A stretch of 64,000 bases of DNA from Dimorphilus gyrociliatus (Eukaryota > Animalia > Annelida), in NCBI GenBank assembly GCA_904063045.1, contig CAJFCJ010000007.1, forward strand, positions 4,161,404 to 4,225,403, written 5' to 3'. Both the position numbers and the translations under genes were made by a program. The number at the start of each line of letters is the position of its first letter. The first letter of the stretch is position 1. Below, piece after piece: positions 12,801-24,988 of the stretch. The notes beneath the pieces are model-generated. The model searched no databases. It was not told where the DNA came from and was given only the letters and a program-made list of their open reading frames with translations.

Positions 12801-15800
12801 ACCAACAATTACAATATTATTTATCTGTTATGAACGAGCAACTTCCAATTGAGTCTCAGTTGGTTTCGAAACTGGCCGACATTTTGTGTGCAGAGGTAGT
12901 TCTTGGAACGATTTCCAGCGTAAAAGAAGCTGTGAATTGGTTGGGCTATACATATCTATATGTTAGAATGATGAGAAATCCCAACCTGTATGGAATTTCC
13001 GCCGACCAGAAGAAGTCTGACAAACATCTAGAACAATTTAGAACTGAATTGATTCATACAGCTGCATTAATATTAGATAAACAAGGTCTGGTGAGATATC
13101 AAAAGAGAGCCGGAATCATAGCCCCCACAGATTTGGGCAGAATAGCATCTCATTTCTATCTTTCTTCACCAACTATTAGCACTTATCAACAACTACTTAA
13201 ACCGACTTTGAGCGAGCTCGAATTGCTAAGAGTTTTTGCCTTGTCAAATGAATTCAAAAATATTTCTGTTAGAGATGAAGAAAAACTGGAGTTATCCAAA
13301 TTAATGGAAAGAGTTCCAATACCTATCAAAGACGGTGTGGATGAATCAGCAGCTAAAATCAATGTTTTACTTCAAGCCTTCATCAGCGGTTTATCCTTAG
13401 ACGGTCTTGCTTTAGTTGCCGATATGATGTATGTAACACAAAGCGCTGCCCGTCTTCTTAGAGCTATGCACGCCATAGTGATGTGGAGAGGCTGGGCTGC
13501 TGTAGCAGGTCGATGTTTGGCTCTATGTAAGATGGTTGAGAAACATCAGTGGTCATCCCAATGCCCTCTGAGGCAATTCGGAAAGAAACTAAAATCAGAC
13601 ATTGTAAGCCGCCTGGAAAAGAAAGCATTGGCTTGGGATAGGATCATAGAGTTATCACCCGTTGAACTTGGAGATTTATTAAGAACTCCAAAAGTAGGCA
13701 GACAAGTTCATAAATTTATTCACCACATTCCCAAGGTTGAAGTATCTGTTCACGTTCAACCTATAACTAGAGCAATTCTGCGTTTAGAATTGACGCTCAC
13801 GCCAGATTTTGATTGGGACGAAAAGATTCATGGTCCATCTGAAGTATTTTTCGTCTTTGTTGAGGATGTTGATAGCGAAATTATTGTACAACATGAAATG
13901 GTAATCTTGAAGGCACAATATGGACAAGAGTCTTATACGATGAGAATGCTTATACCTATCTTAGAACCTCTACCTCCTCACTACTTTGTAAGAATTATTT
14001 CCGAACGGTGGATAGGATCAGAAACATTGCTACCTGTCAGTTTTAGGCATCTAGTTCTGCCAGATAGGTCACCACCACCTACGGATCTTCTAGATTTGCA
14101 ACCATTGCCAGTATCTGCATTGAGACGACAACAATTTGAACCGTTATACCAACATATTAAAACTTTAAACCCTATACAAACCCAGGTGTTCAACTCTCTT
14201 TACAATTCGGATGATAATGTTCTCGTTTGCGCTCCTTCTGGAAGTGGCAAAACGCTTTGTGCTGAATTGGCAATGCTTAGAGCATTTACAAACAAGCCAG
14301 ACACACGGGTTGTATATGTCACGTCAAGATTAACATTAGCCGAGCAATTATATAATGACTGGAGTCAAAGATTTGGAAGTGTTTTGGGTAAGAAAGTAGT
14401 CATGCTTATAGGAGAAACAGCAGCTGATTTGAAGCTCCTAGCTAGAGCCCATATCGTAATTTCTACTCCTTCTAGATGGGATGTGCTTAGCAGAAGATGG
14501 AAGCAGCGTAAGAATGTACAGGCTGTTGGTTTATTTATTGCTGATGAGTTGCATGAAATTGGAGGAGATAAAGGTCCTGTCTTAGAAATAGTATGCTCTC
14601 GTATGCGATACATGGCGTCTCAGTTGGGCCAAGGAAAAACAACAGGAGCAGGTGTAAGAATTGTGGCCTTATCAGCACCTTTAGCTCACGCTAGAGATGT
14701 TGCTGGTTGGCTGGGTGTTCCAGCTCAAGCTTCATTTAATTTCCATCCGAATGTCCGACCAATTCAATTAGAATTACATGTTGAAGGTTTCCCAACCTCT
14801 CATGCTGCAACGAGACTGGACCATATGATTAAGCCAGTGTATAATGCTATTGTAAATCATTCACCTGATCCCAGTCAGAATTCAATTGTCTTTGTTGCTT
14901 CAAGAAAACAGACGAGATCAGTTGCTGTTGATCTCTTGACATTAGCCGCTGCGGATGAACGAAAGACTCGGTTTGCTCATGCTGATGAGGAAGATATGAT
15001 GCCTTTGTTGGAAAAATTAGAGGATTCTACCCTGAAAAAGACAACCGCTGATGGCGTGGCCTATATTCATGAAGGAGTCAGTGACTTAGACAAACGCATA
15101 ATAGAACAACTTTTTTCAAAGGGAGCAATACATGTCCTTGTTGCCTCTAGACCGATGGCTTGGTCTTTAAAAGTTAGAGCTCATTCCGTAGTAGTCATGG
15201 ACACTCAATGGTATGATGGAAGAGTTCATGCGTGGGATGATTATCCAGTTGTTGATATTTTGCGTATGGTTGGTAGAGCTGGTCGACCTGATATAGATGA
15301 CGACGCGAAGGCTGTTCTGCTCTGCCATTCTTCAAGGAAAGACATGCTAAAGCGTTTTGTTTATGAGCCCTTGCCTGTTGAGAGTCATTTGGACCACACT
15401 CTTCACGATCACTTTAATGCTGAAGTCGTAACCAAAACAATTGAAAACAAACAAGATGCAGTAGATTATCTAACATGGACCCTCTTGTATCGTCGTCTGA
15501 CCCATAATCCTAATTACTACAACGTCGCTGGCGTAACTCACAGACATTTGAGTGATCATTTATCCGAATTGGTTGATGATACATTGAACGATTTGCAATC
15601 AGCAAAATGCGTTTCAATCGATGATGAGATGGACACATCTCCCCTTAATTTAGGAATGATTGCATCTTACTATTATATACACTACACTTCTATTGAACTA
15701 CTTTCCATGTCGCTAAGTTCAAAAACAAAATTGAAAGGTTTATTAGATGTTCTTTCTAACGCTGCTGAAATGGCGGATCTGGACGTACGAAGAGGAGAAG

Positions 15801-16630
15801 CCCAAGTTTTGCAACAATTAGCTCAAAAGCTTCCTAATAAATTGCCAGGTTCATCGAAATTTAACGATCCTCATACGAAGGCACATGTTCTGTTACAAGC
15901 CCATCTCTCAAGAGTTCAGCTTCCACCCGAATTGGCCGAGGATGCCAAAGTTGTTGTCACAAACACTCTTCGCTTGGTTCATGCTTCTGTGGACGTATTA
16001 TCATCAAATGGCTGGCTTTCACCAGCTCTAGGAGCAATGGAATTAGCTCAGATGATCACTCAGGCTTGTTGGTCGAAAGATTCCAACCTGAGACAATTAC
16101 CGCATTTCTCTAAACCGTTGATAGAAAAATGCTTGGAAGCTAAAATTGAAACTGTTTTCGATATTATGGAAATGGAAGATGATGATCGTGTTAAGTTGCT
16201 GAATATGACTGAGGTTCAATTAGCTGACGTTGCCCGATTCTGCAATAGATATCCAAATATTGAACTGAAATATGATTTACCAGAAAACGTATACGCTGGA
16301 AGACAAATGCAAGTTACAGTCACTATTGAAAGAGAAGATGATGAAGAGACAGTAGGACCAATTATTGCACCTCTCTTCCCTCATAAGAGAGATGAGGGCT
16401 GGTGGGTAGTTATCGGTGAACCGAAACATAATTCTCTCGTCAGCATAAAAAGACTAACTCTTCTTCAACATAAAGCATCCATAAAACTCGACTTTATCGC
16501 TCCGGCTCATAGCGGAAGTAACACTTACACCTTATACTTCATGTCCGATGCATACATGGGGTGCGATCAGGAATATAAGTTTACACTCGATGTTAAGCGT
16601 GGTAAACCGAAAGATTCTGATAGCGAATGA
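9846..16630 (+). CDS. SNRNP200: U5 snRNP 200 kDa helicase Brr2 (exon 1 9846-9890, single intron, exon 2 ~10225-16630)
   Basis: [15 protein letters not shown]|[12 protein letters not shown]-terminus; two Ski2-like helicase cassettes ([24 protein letters not shown]; [12 protein letters not shown]); two Sec63 domains; C-terminal [11 protein letters not shown]. Confidence 0.99.
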
Positions 16631-16974
16631 AGAGAAAAATGAAATAGACATTAAATTTTTTTTTCTTTATATTTTTTTAAGTGGTGTGTCTTTTAAATTG
16701 TGTAAAGGACATGTTGTTTACATTTAGTTTAAGTTTACTATAAATGTTGAAAGAAAATTACTATCTGTAATTAGGACATGGAGCGATTGAAAATGTAGAA
16801 TATATTGTATAAAATAAACAACATCAGATACTTCTTTAATAAATTACTGTCAAACCTTTACTTCATTATTTGCTTAGTATTAATACATTTCTTTGAAAAG
16901 ATTTAAAAAAAAACTGGGACAATTATGGCTGGTTGGTAAGTTTTCAAATTTCAAAATTTCCTCATTATTTAAAT

Positions 16975-18437
16975 ATGTCAGAGGAGGATGAGGAGGAAAG
17001 CACTAAATCAAGTGCACAGACTGAAGAAGAACAAGATATTCATGAACAATTCGGTTGGTTCAGTTATGTTTTAACAGTTGACGAGAGCCTTAGATCAAGA
17101 TTTATTCAAATCAAGGCTCTTGGTAATATCGTAATTTCAATTCTATCTCTTGTTGGTCTTATATTTGGTGCGATAGCTCTATCAAAGATAAATGATTATA
17201 AGGAACTCGTGAATATGTCAGATTATCAGAGTTTACTTGGAGTTTTCTTATTTATGATTCTATTTCAGAACGGTATTTCTATTATTTCTATTTTATTAGA
17301 TATGAGATATTTTAAAGAGAATAAGCGGTTAAAGAGGAGAGACGCATTCTCTTTTCGGAAAATGCATTGGATGGTTTTTCTTTTAGGTTTAATTGGTTTT
17401 ATCATATCATGCATACTATTAAGTAAGGATATACAAGGTGATGTAAAGAAAGAGCTAATGGAAAATATTCCTAAATATAGAACAATTGGTAAATTTAAAG
17501 CTGCCATGGATAAGATACAACAAGATGACGAATGTTGCGGTATTACTGGAATTAAAAATTGGTGGATGTCAACAGAATGGTACGATTTCAAGAATCTACC
17601 AATAAAAAACAATTATAATAGGAGTAGTCTAAAAATGGTTCCATTTTCATGCTGTATGAGAGAAAATGTCAACAAACCATGCGAGTATATGAACGCAGAA
17701 AATTCAGATACAATTTATAGGTCAGGATGCTTAAATAAAATTGTTAATTATTGCAAGAAACTATTTAAATCCGCTGGATGGCTCATGTGGACCACATCCG
17801 TTATTCAATTGATCATAGCTTTTATATCAAGAGTAGCATACTTCTCGGTAAAGTATCTTGAACACGACCCTACTCAAACGGTTACCTTAGAGATATTTAG
17901 TGGTACATTTGGTAAGTCAACAGAAAGGAGCCTTTAATATTTTTTGTACACTGTATATATACATATACTGTATGTAATATATTTGCAGTTTCGTTAGAAG
18001 ATAACGACGAAGATGAATTTCGTAAAGTTCAACTTAGAACATCAAAAGATGAAAGTGAAGAATACGAAAATGAAGATGACGATTATGATGACGAGGAGCA
18101 AACGTCTCGTTCAAGGAGAAAAATAAGATTTAAATATCAAAAGAATAGATTACATAATAGAAAATTTAGAGATAATTATTATAAACTCTTAGAGAGCGAT
18201 CATGATGATAATTGGACAAATAATAACATGTCAATTGTAACAAATTCATACGACGATCCTAGAAAGTTATTATTGGAAAGTAGGAAAAATAAGGAAAGAA
18301 TTATACAAATAGGAAACTCATCTCTAACACCCCAGAAAGATAATGAGATTTACCAAGGTAGTTTATTCGGCGAGTCTTATCTGGTTCCCATGGGACGAAA
18401 ACAATCCAATCACACTATCATACAGATTGATAAATGA
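16975..18437 (+). CDS. Peripherin-2/ROM1-like tetraspanin with a long acidic cytoplasmic tail (exons 16975-17911, 17989-18437)
   Basis: Four hydrophobic segments; EC2 with MDKIQQDDECCG..W..W, VPFSCC, PC, IYRSGC in peripherin-type spacing. A phase-1 intron joins an acidic exon in frame with ORF 18228..18437. Confidence 0.8.
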
Positions 18438-18660
18438 TTAAACTACGAATTTTTTAGATCATTAGTTTTTTTGTTACTTTCCTTTCAGTGTGTTTTGTTA
18501 ACTTCTATTTAGATAATAAAATATTCAAATTATTTAAATCGCCGCTGGAAAATGGACTTTGTTCGGCATTGAACGTTTATCGATTTGAACTCATCTCATT
18601 TATCGCTAGCTAAGTTCTATTCTGAATTTTTCGACCAATTAGTGGGCTTCGCTTATCCGT

Positions 18661-21249
18661 ATGATGATTTTGGGATCTAATCATTCGCAAGTATGTTGTC
18701 TTACAAAACGAGAATATCTATTTTATACTTACAAAAAACGACAAGTATTAACTGAGCGATAATATGCATAGTATACCGTTACAAACTACGTGTTGGTTGT
18801 TTAACGTTTTATTTTTCATTTTTAGTCTAATGCACCTTCAACCCAAGGTTTAACGTCGGGTTTAGAGTTTAATCCAAAGGAAGTTTTAGCTCGAATGATG
18901 GGTAAACAAGAAAAGGAGGTTGGTCAGAAGGCATACAAGTATTTTCAAGATGGGGAGTATCTAGCAGTCTTAAAAGAATTATCACCTCTTAGTAAAAAAT
19001 GGCCTCTTGATGCAAGACTCTCGCACAATATAGCAGTAACAGAATACATTAAAGGTGGATTAACGACAACCGCAACATTTTGCCAGCAATTAACAAAAGC
19101 CGCTGAACTAGCCAAAGTAAATATTGAGAAACTATGCTTATATCCTTATTTAAATCTCATTTAATTTTTTTCTAGGGAAACATTGACCATTTAGAGACGT
19201 TAGAAGATGCTGACCAGTGTCCTTATTTCTACAATAAAGCTTTAATATTCATACATCTACGAAAATATGATTTGGCTCTAAAATACTTAAAAAATATTAA
19301 TATTATCTCTTCACCTATTGAGGAACCTCTTGGAAAAGCAGCTGCTCTTGCATTAATCGAATTATATTTAATAACGTTTCAAGTAATAGTTATAAATTAA
19401 TTTTCTTTTTAAAAAAAAAGATGAAGCAGTCGTAAACAAAAATATTTTTTTCTTATCAATTAGCCTCATAAAGCCCTTGAAGAAATAACAAGAATTGAAC
19501 ATTGTCTGTCGAATGGTAATTCAAAGTCATCAACCCCGGAATCTACCAAGGATGACGACTCAGAAAAAGATGAGCACCGCATGTCAACAAAACAATTAAA
19601 CGATTATAAGGCCTCGTTAGCGGTTTATAAAGTTAGATGTTATTTGGGTTTAAAGTCAATTAAAAACTGTAAAAGAGAGCTAAAGAATTTAGCTAACTAC
19701 GGGAAAATACCTGTTTCAATGTCCATACTTCGTTGCAATTTTGAATATTTGAAACGTAATGAGCAGAAAGCATTAAAAATATTAAACGGAGAAAAATCAT
19801 CCTGGAAAATAACAGACTTAGGATTACATCATCCGACAGTTTTTTATAATAATTCGGCCGTTTTACATTTCGCTATTAACAAACCAAATGTAGCTCTTCA
19901 TTATTTACACAATGCGGCCAAAGAAGATAAAAAAGCAACAGAAGAATTCAAGCCTATAAGCAAAGAGAGTGAATCAAACGGAAGACCAGTACATTGTTTG
20001 AATATTAGTGTTAAACATATCATAAATTATAACACGGGTATTGCTCTGCTCTTCGCCAACAAATCAGAGTTAGCGTTTGAATATTTATTACAATCAACCG
20101 AAGTATTTCCTCATAACCCTCGTTTATGGTTACGATTAGCGCAATCATGCGTTCAATTACAACAAGCAAAAGATGAACTACACGATCCGGGTCATCCAGT
20201 AGCTAAGGTTATTGGTCGAGGTTCGTATAAGCAGAATAAAGGTGGTAAAGAAAATAAGAATTAATTATTTTTTAAAAAGGTATGCATCGAAAATTATTAT
20301 TAAACAAAGGAAATTGGAAAAATGAAATGGCAACAGTATATTTAAAAAATGGATCTGAAGTACCATGCTTAGAATTTGCTGCTCAATGTTTACGTACGGC
20401 GCTATCACTATTACCAAAACATCTACCGGACGAATCAAATATAGAGTAAATCACTTATTTTGTTTATTTTTTATGTTTTTAATCACATTGTTTTATTGTT
20501 AATTAATTTTTTTTTAATAGTGATTTTAAAGGTGAAGAATTAATTTTACCAGCTCCACCTGCCACGCCTTTGAGGTTTTTTGAAATAATTCATGTAAAGT
20601 TAGTTGACTCATCAATAATTTAAATATTAATGTAAATAATAATATATTTATTTTTACTATTCTTATGTAGAAACGAAATTTTAACAACTTCGGCGTATGT
20701 TCATCTATCCTTAAATAATTATTTAGTAGCAAAAGAATATGCCGATCTTCTTCTTACCCAAGCGTACTTATCGCCTGCCCAAGAGTATGTTATAAGCATT
20801 TTCTCTAGTTTAATTAGTTCGTTAATGAAACGTTATTTTTTATCATATACAGGTTTGCTGGAAAAATGTACTTGGCTGAAGCTCTTGTTCACACCGATTA
20901 CGTAGTAGACGCTATCGCCTGTTTAGAAGCTGATGACGCAACGAATGTCAGCACCGTTCCCCCTGTACCAGCAGACGTTGAAATAACACCTCCTAACCCT
21001 ACCAACTGGCCACAGGTAGAGGACGCTAAAAAAGCCAGAAGTTTAATGACGTATAACTTGGCGGCAACTCAAGCTATTAGAGGCGACTTTACCAGAGCTC
21101 TTAGCTCTTTAGAAGTTGCAGAAAAAGAACTAGGACGCCGCGCACCTGCTCAACTATCGTTTTTACGTCTATACTTATTGCTAATGGACGGTAGAAGGCA
21201 AGAAGCCGTAGACTATGTATCAAAGACTTTTGGACAAATTGGACTATAA
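18661..21249 (+). CDS. CNOT10: CCR4-NOT complex subunit 10, multi-exon TPR protein
   Basis: QEKEVGQKAYKYF, HNIAVTEY, FYNKALI, YKVRCYLGLKSIKNCKRELK, NFEYLKRN, YNTGIALL, NPRLWLRLAQSC, HRKIII, YLAEAL all match CNOT10 motifs in order. The start codon is tentative. Confidence 0.92.
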
Positions 21250-21520
21250 TTAGGAAAATGTAGATTTATTTTTTTTTGTTTATATTTAATTGTCATAAAA
21301 TTTACAAAATTTAAAAATGATAGGCACTTCTTTGTAAAATTGATAGCACTTTAAAAAATAACCCTCCATACAAAAACAGTTAAAAAGATATGATACAAAT
21401 TTATAAAAATAACGCAAGTCTTAACAAATTTACATACTATTTACAATAGTCAATAGCTTTGAGATCGATTGAGTCATGATTATGTCACAGTTTATATATT
21501 TTTTTTCTTCAATCGTTCTA

Positions 21521-23496
21521 TCAATCAACTTCTCCACTTGAATCTTCTACGACTGATTCCTAAAATTACAAGGGAAATAAGAGAACAGTTAGAAAGGGGA
21601 AAAATATAAACTACCAACAATATTAAGATACTTACCCATCCTCCTTGACTTGCTATCATACCAGATAATTTATCTTGAAAGAAACGAATACAATTCTCTT
21701 TTATCCTAGAGAATAACGTTGGCTGAGCATTTATTGCTTCTGATGTTATATTAAACAATACGGCCACTTGATTAATTGGTTCTTCGTTGACTATCACTCT
21801 ATTCATTTCGCTTTGAAAAGTTCCGTAACTACCCGATCTAACTATATTATTAACTGTCAACTCTAGTGACGGTGACCTAAATCGACGATACATATTCGTT
21901 GGAGCATCAGGTATACTACTTCTTCTCTTCGGATCTAATAAAACAAACGTAAAAAATAAGATAATTAACTATTCTTTAAAAATAGGCCTATTTGTTTTAT
22001 TAAATACCTGTAACATTAACATTGGAATAATTTGAAGTTGAAAGACTTCTTTTCCTTTCAAAATGCTTTTTTTGAATATCATCACCGATCTCTAAAACTT
22101 TTTCGGCAATTTTTGCATAAAGTTTTTCTTGTTTATCCCTAGGCAAATCATGGAATGATCCCTTTTTAACAAATCCACAAGGTGAAAGATCTGTCTGATC
22201 TGTTAATTAAATTAATTAAATTACAATAAATTAAACGTATAACTAATAAAAATTATTTAAATAATTATTAAAAAGTTTTTTTTTTAAAAAAAAAAGATAA
22301 AACGAAAAACTAATAATAGAAAACTTGATTAAAAACGATTAACATTATGATAAAAACTTATATACATGAAAAAAAAACGATTCATGAGATATTTCACGTG
22401 TTTCAAAATATTAAATAGGTGTTTTGCAACAAGTAAATTTTACCAAAATATGATTAATAATAAAGTTAAATAAAACATGACTTACCTTGAGTAAAATTCA
22501 TTGCATCCGTACAATCAACGCCTACGCCATCGGCTTCATCGTTTGACATAGGACGATGTTTTTGTAAATCCTTCAACCCCATCGTCTTGACGGGCGGCTG
22601 CGAATGAGCGAACTGAGCGAAATCGCGCTTAACCTCGAAGCGATGGTTTTTGTCTAGAGAGTGAACTTTTCCCGTCGGCGTGTAGTTAGCTAATATTTGT
22701 TGTTGTTCCGCGGAACTCGTAGCATCAATACGGAACATCGTTTCGTCCGATCGACTTCGCTTTTCTATTTAGTTAATTAATATTTCTCAATTAATTATCT
22801 AATAAACATTAATTAATTTTTATAGTTTGACAATATAAGAAAAAAATAGATCAGTTTTCGTTTAAACAAAAAGAATACAAAGTTCTTAAAATAGAATTTG
22901 CACTTACTAGTTTGATTGTTCGATTCTGATTTCTTTGGTTTCAGAGCATTTAGAAAATGATTAAAGATTTTACGATCCTTGTCTTGAATTTGAGCTTTTT
23001 GAACAGGAGCAGTTTGTCTTCTTTCAATTGGTAGTTTTTCACGACTATTCCTCTTAAAAGTTTGACGTAATCGCTCTAAAACTCGTTTTTTTAAACTTTT
23101 CTTTTTTCGTTGGATTCTATCATTATCATCATTCGATGATGATGATGATAATGCGTCGTTAGATGATTGCTGTTTTCCATCCGTCTCTTTAATACCTGGA
23201 AGAGCTTCCACATCGTTTGAGCTAAAACACCTCTTCATGAGAACGCATTTTAAAACGATTTTCGCGTCCTCGGTCGCTTCTTCAGCCGGCGTCAGAGCTC
23301 GATTGTGTGGTAAAGAGCTAGTTTCGTCCACCATATCTTTCCTCATTAATTCAGGACTATGTTCAATAGATGAAGGCTCAATATTAAAAGTTGGTAGTTG
23401 CTGGTAATGATCTTCTCGTAATACTGATTGACTCATGGTGGGCGCTCTTATATAGGCTTCTATAACCGTATCGGTATCAGCTTTAACCAATCGCAA
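21521..23496 (-). CDS. Bcl-2 family protein, BCL-G (BCL2L14)-like: BH3 and BH2, no C-terminal TM anchor; 5' end uncertain
   Basis: Exon at ~22030-22190 encodes QEKLYAKIAEKVLEIGDDI (BH3). The next exon gives GSYGTFQ...FFQDKLSGMIASQGGW (BH2). The last exon ESVVEDSSGEVD* resembles the BCL-G end GGWEKILGISHEEVD. Long basic/low-complexity N-terminal exons (ORFs 22813..23496, 22466..22738). Confidence 0.7.
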
Positions 23497-24988
23497 GTAG
23501 AATTGAATTATTCAAAAAGTATTATTCACAGAGATGACATAAGACATAGTAGGTATTTTCTAATATATTTTATAAAAGTCACGGTAAATAACCGTCCTTC
23601 ACCTCTTCGTATATGATACATCCGGTTGTGACCGCAAAAACTTCGTATTTCGTGTATATTTGTCCAATCAGCGTCAAGAATTAGGAAGGGAGCCATGTTT
23701 TGGACCGGACTACCAAAGAACCACCAAGCGTATACAATTACTATTCATGCGTTAGCCTTGTTTTACTATAAATATTAATAGATATAAACAAAGATAGACT
23801 GGTCTACGTAATAGTATGTGTCAATCATGGAATTTCTTAGTAGCGTCGTCATAATAACCTCCAAATGTGTCAAATCTTGGCCACACAGAATTGAGTGCTT
23901 GCGTAAAATTTAACAAGAAACTGCTTATGTTTACAAGAGCGTCAATTCACACTAAACAACAATACTTTGAACGCCTTTGGCGACGATAAAATTTCTATTG
24001 TAATTTCTAAAAGTTAATGGGCGTTTTGCACGCTTCTTTTACGTCATTTGGCAGGAAATTTACATTTTTCTCCAACTCCCTTTAAAATGTGCACTAGTTA
24101 TATAAATAATTATATATTACGTAATTGGTAAACAGTTTCCCCAAGTTACTAAAAATCTGTTTACCGTTTAAGAACGTGTTGGTGAGAGATTATCACCTGT
24201 TTATTATTACCTATTACATTTTTAACCATTGACTAATTAACCAGAATATCCGCGGTTTTATTTGCTCTAATAAATAATGTACTTTCATTAAAACGCACTT
24301 AAAGAGTCTTACAAGTGTTAAGAGATCGAAAAGTAGATAAAAATGTAGATTTTTTTCCAGGGTCTTCTCTTTCAAGCAAATGTATTTAATTTTAGAAAAT
24401 ACAGAAACAATAGAAAAAATGAAACAGTATTAATATAATTTTAAGCGTATCTTCAGACAAGTAAATGTTAGAAGAGATATACAGTATAGCATTCTATTGG
24501 CTTGTTAATCAAAACGAAATAACATGAACAAAATCAAAAGTATAATTAATAATTTTCTGTTTATAAGAAAACGATTGCGTAATTACTAGGTATTAAATTT
24601 CGTAGGTCAAGACAAAGATTACGAAATTGATATTATAGCATCGATCCTAACGACTATTTTTTATGCTTATTTTTTAATGACTATTAAAAAAATGATCTTT
24701 ACAGGTGTAAATATACATTTGCATAGTAGAAAAAATAATTTTCATTCATAATACACAGTAATGTATAGTATGATACATAAAATATTACATATATATATAC
24801 AGTATATATGTATAATATATACATATATTTACATACATATACTACATTGAAAGAAGGGCTTTAAAACAATAAGCTGAATCGATTTTAAAAGATGGAGAGA
24901 AAAAGAAGAGGCGGAAAAAGAGCTACAACTTCTGTTATAACATTACACTTGTTTATTGTTGATGTTGAAGTGCATTTGCTGTTTTTTG

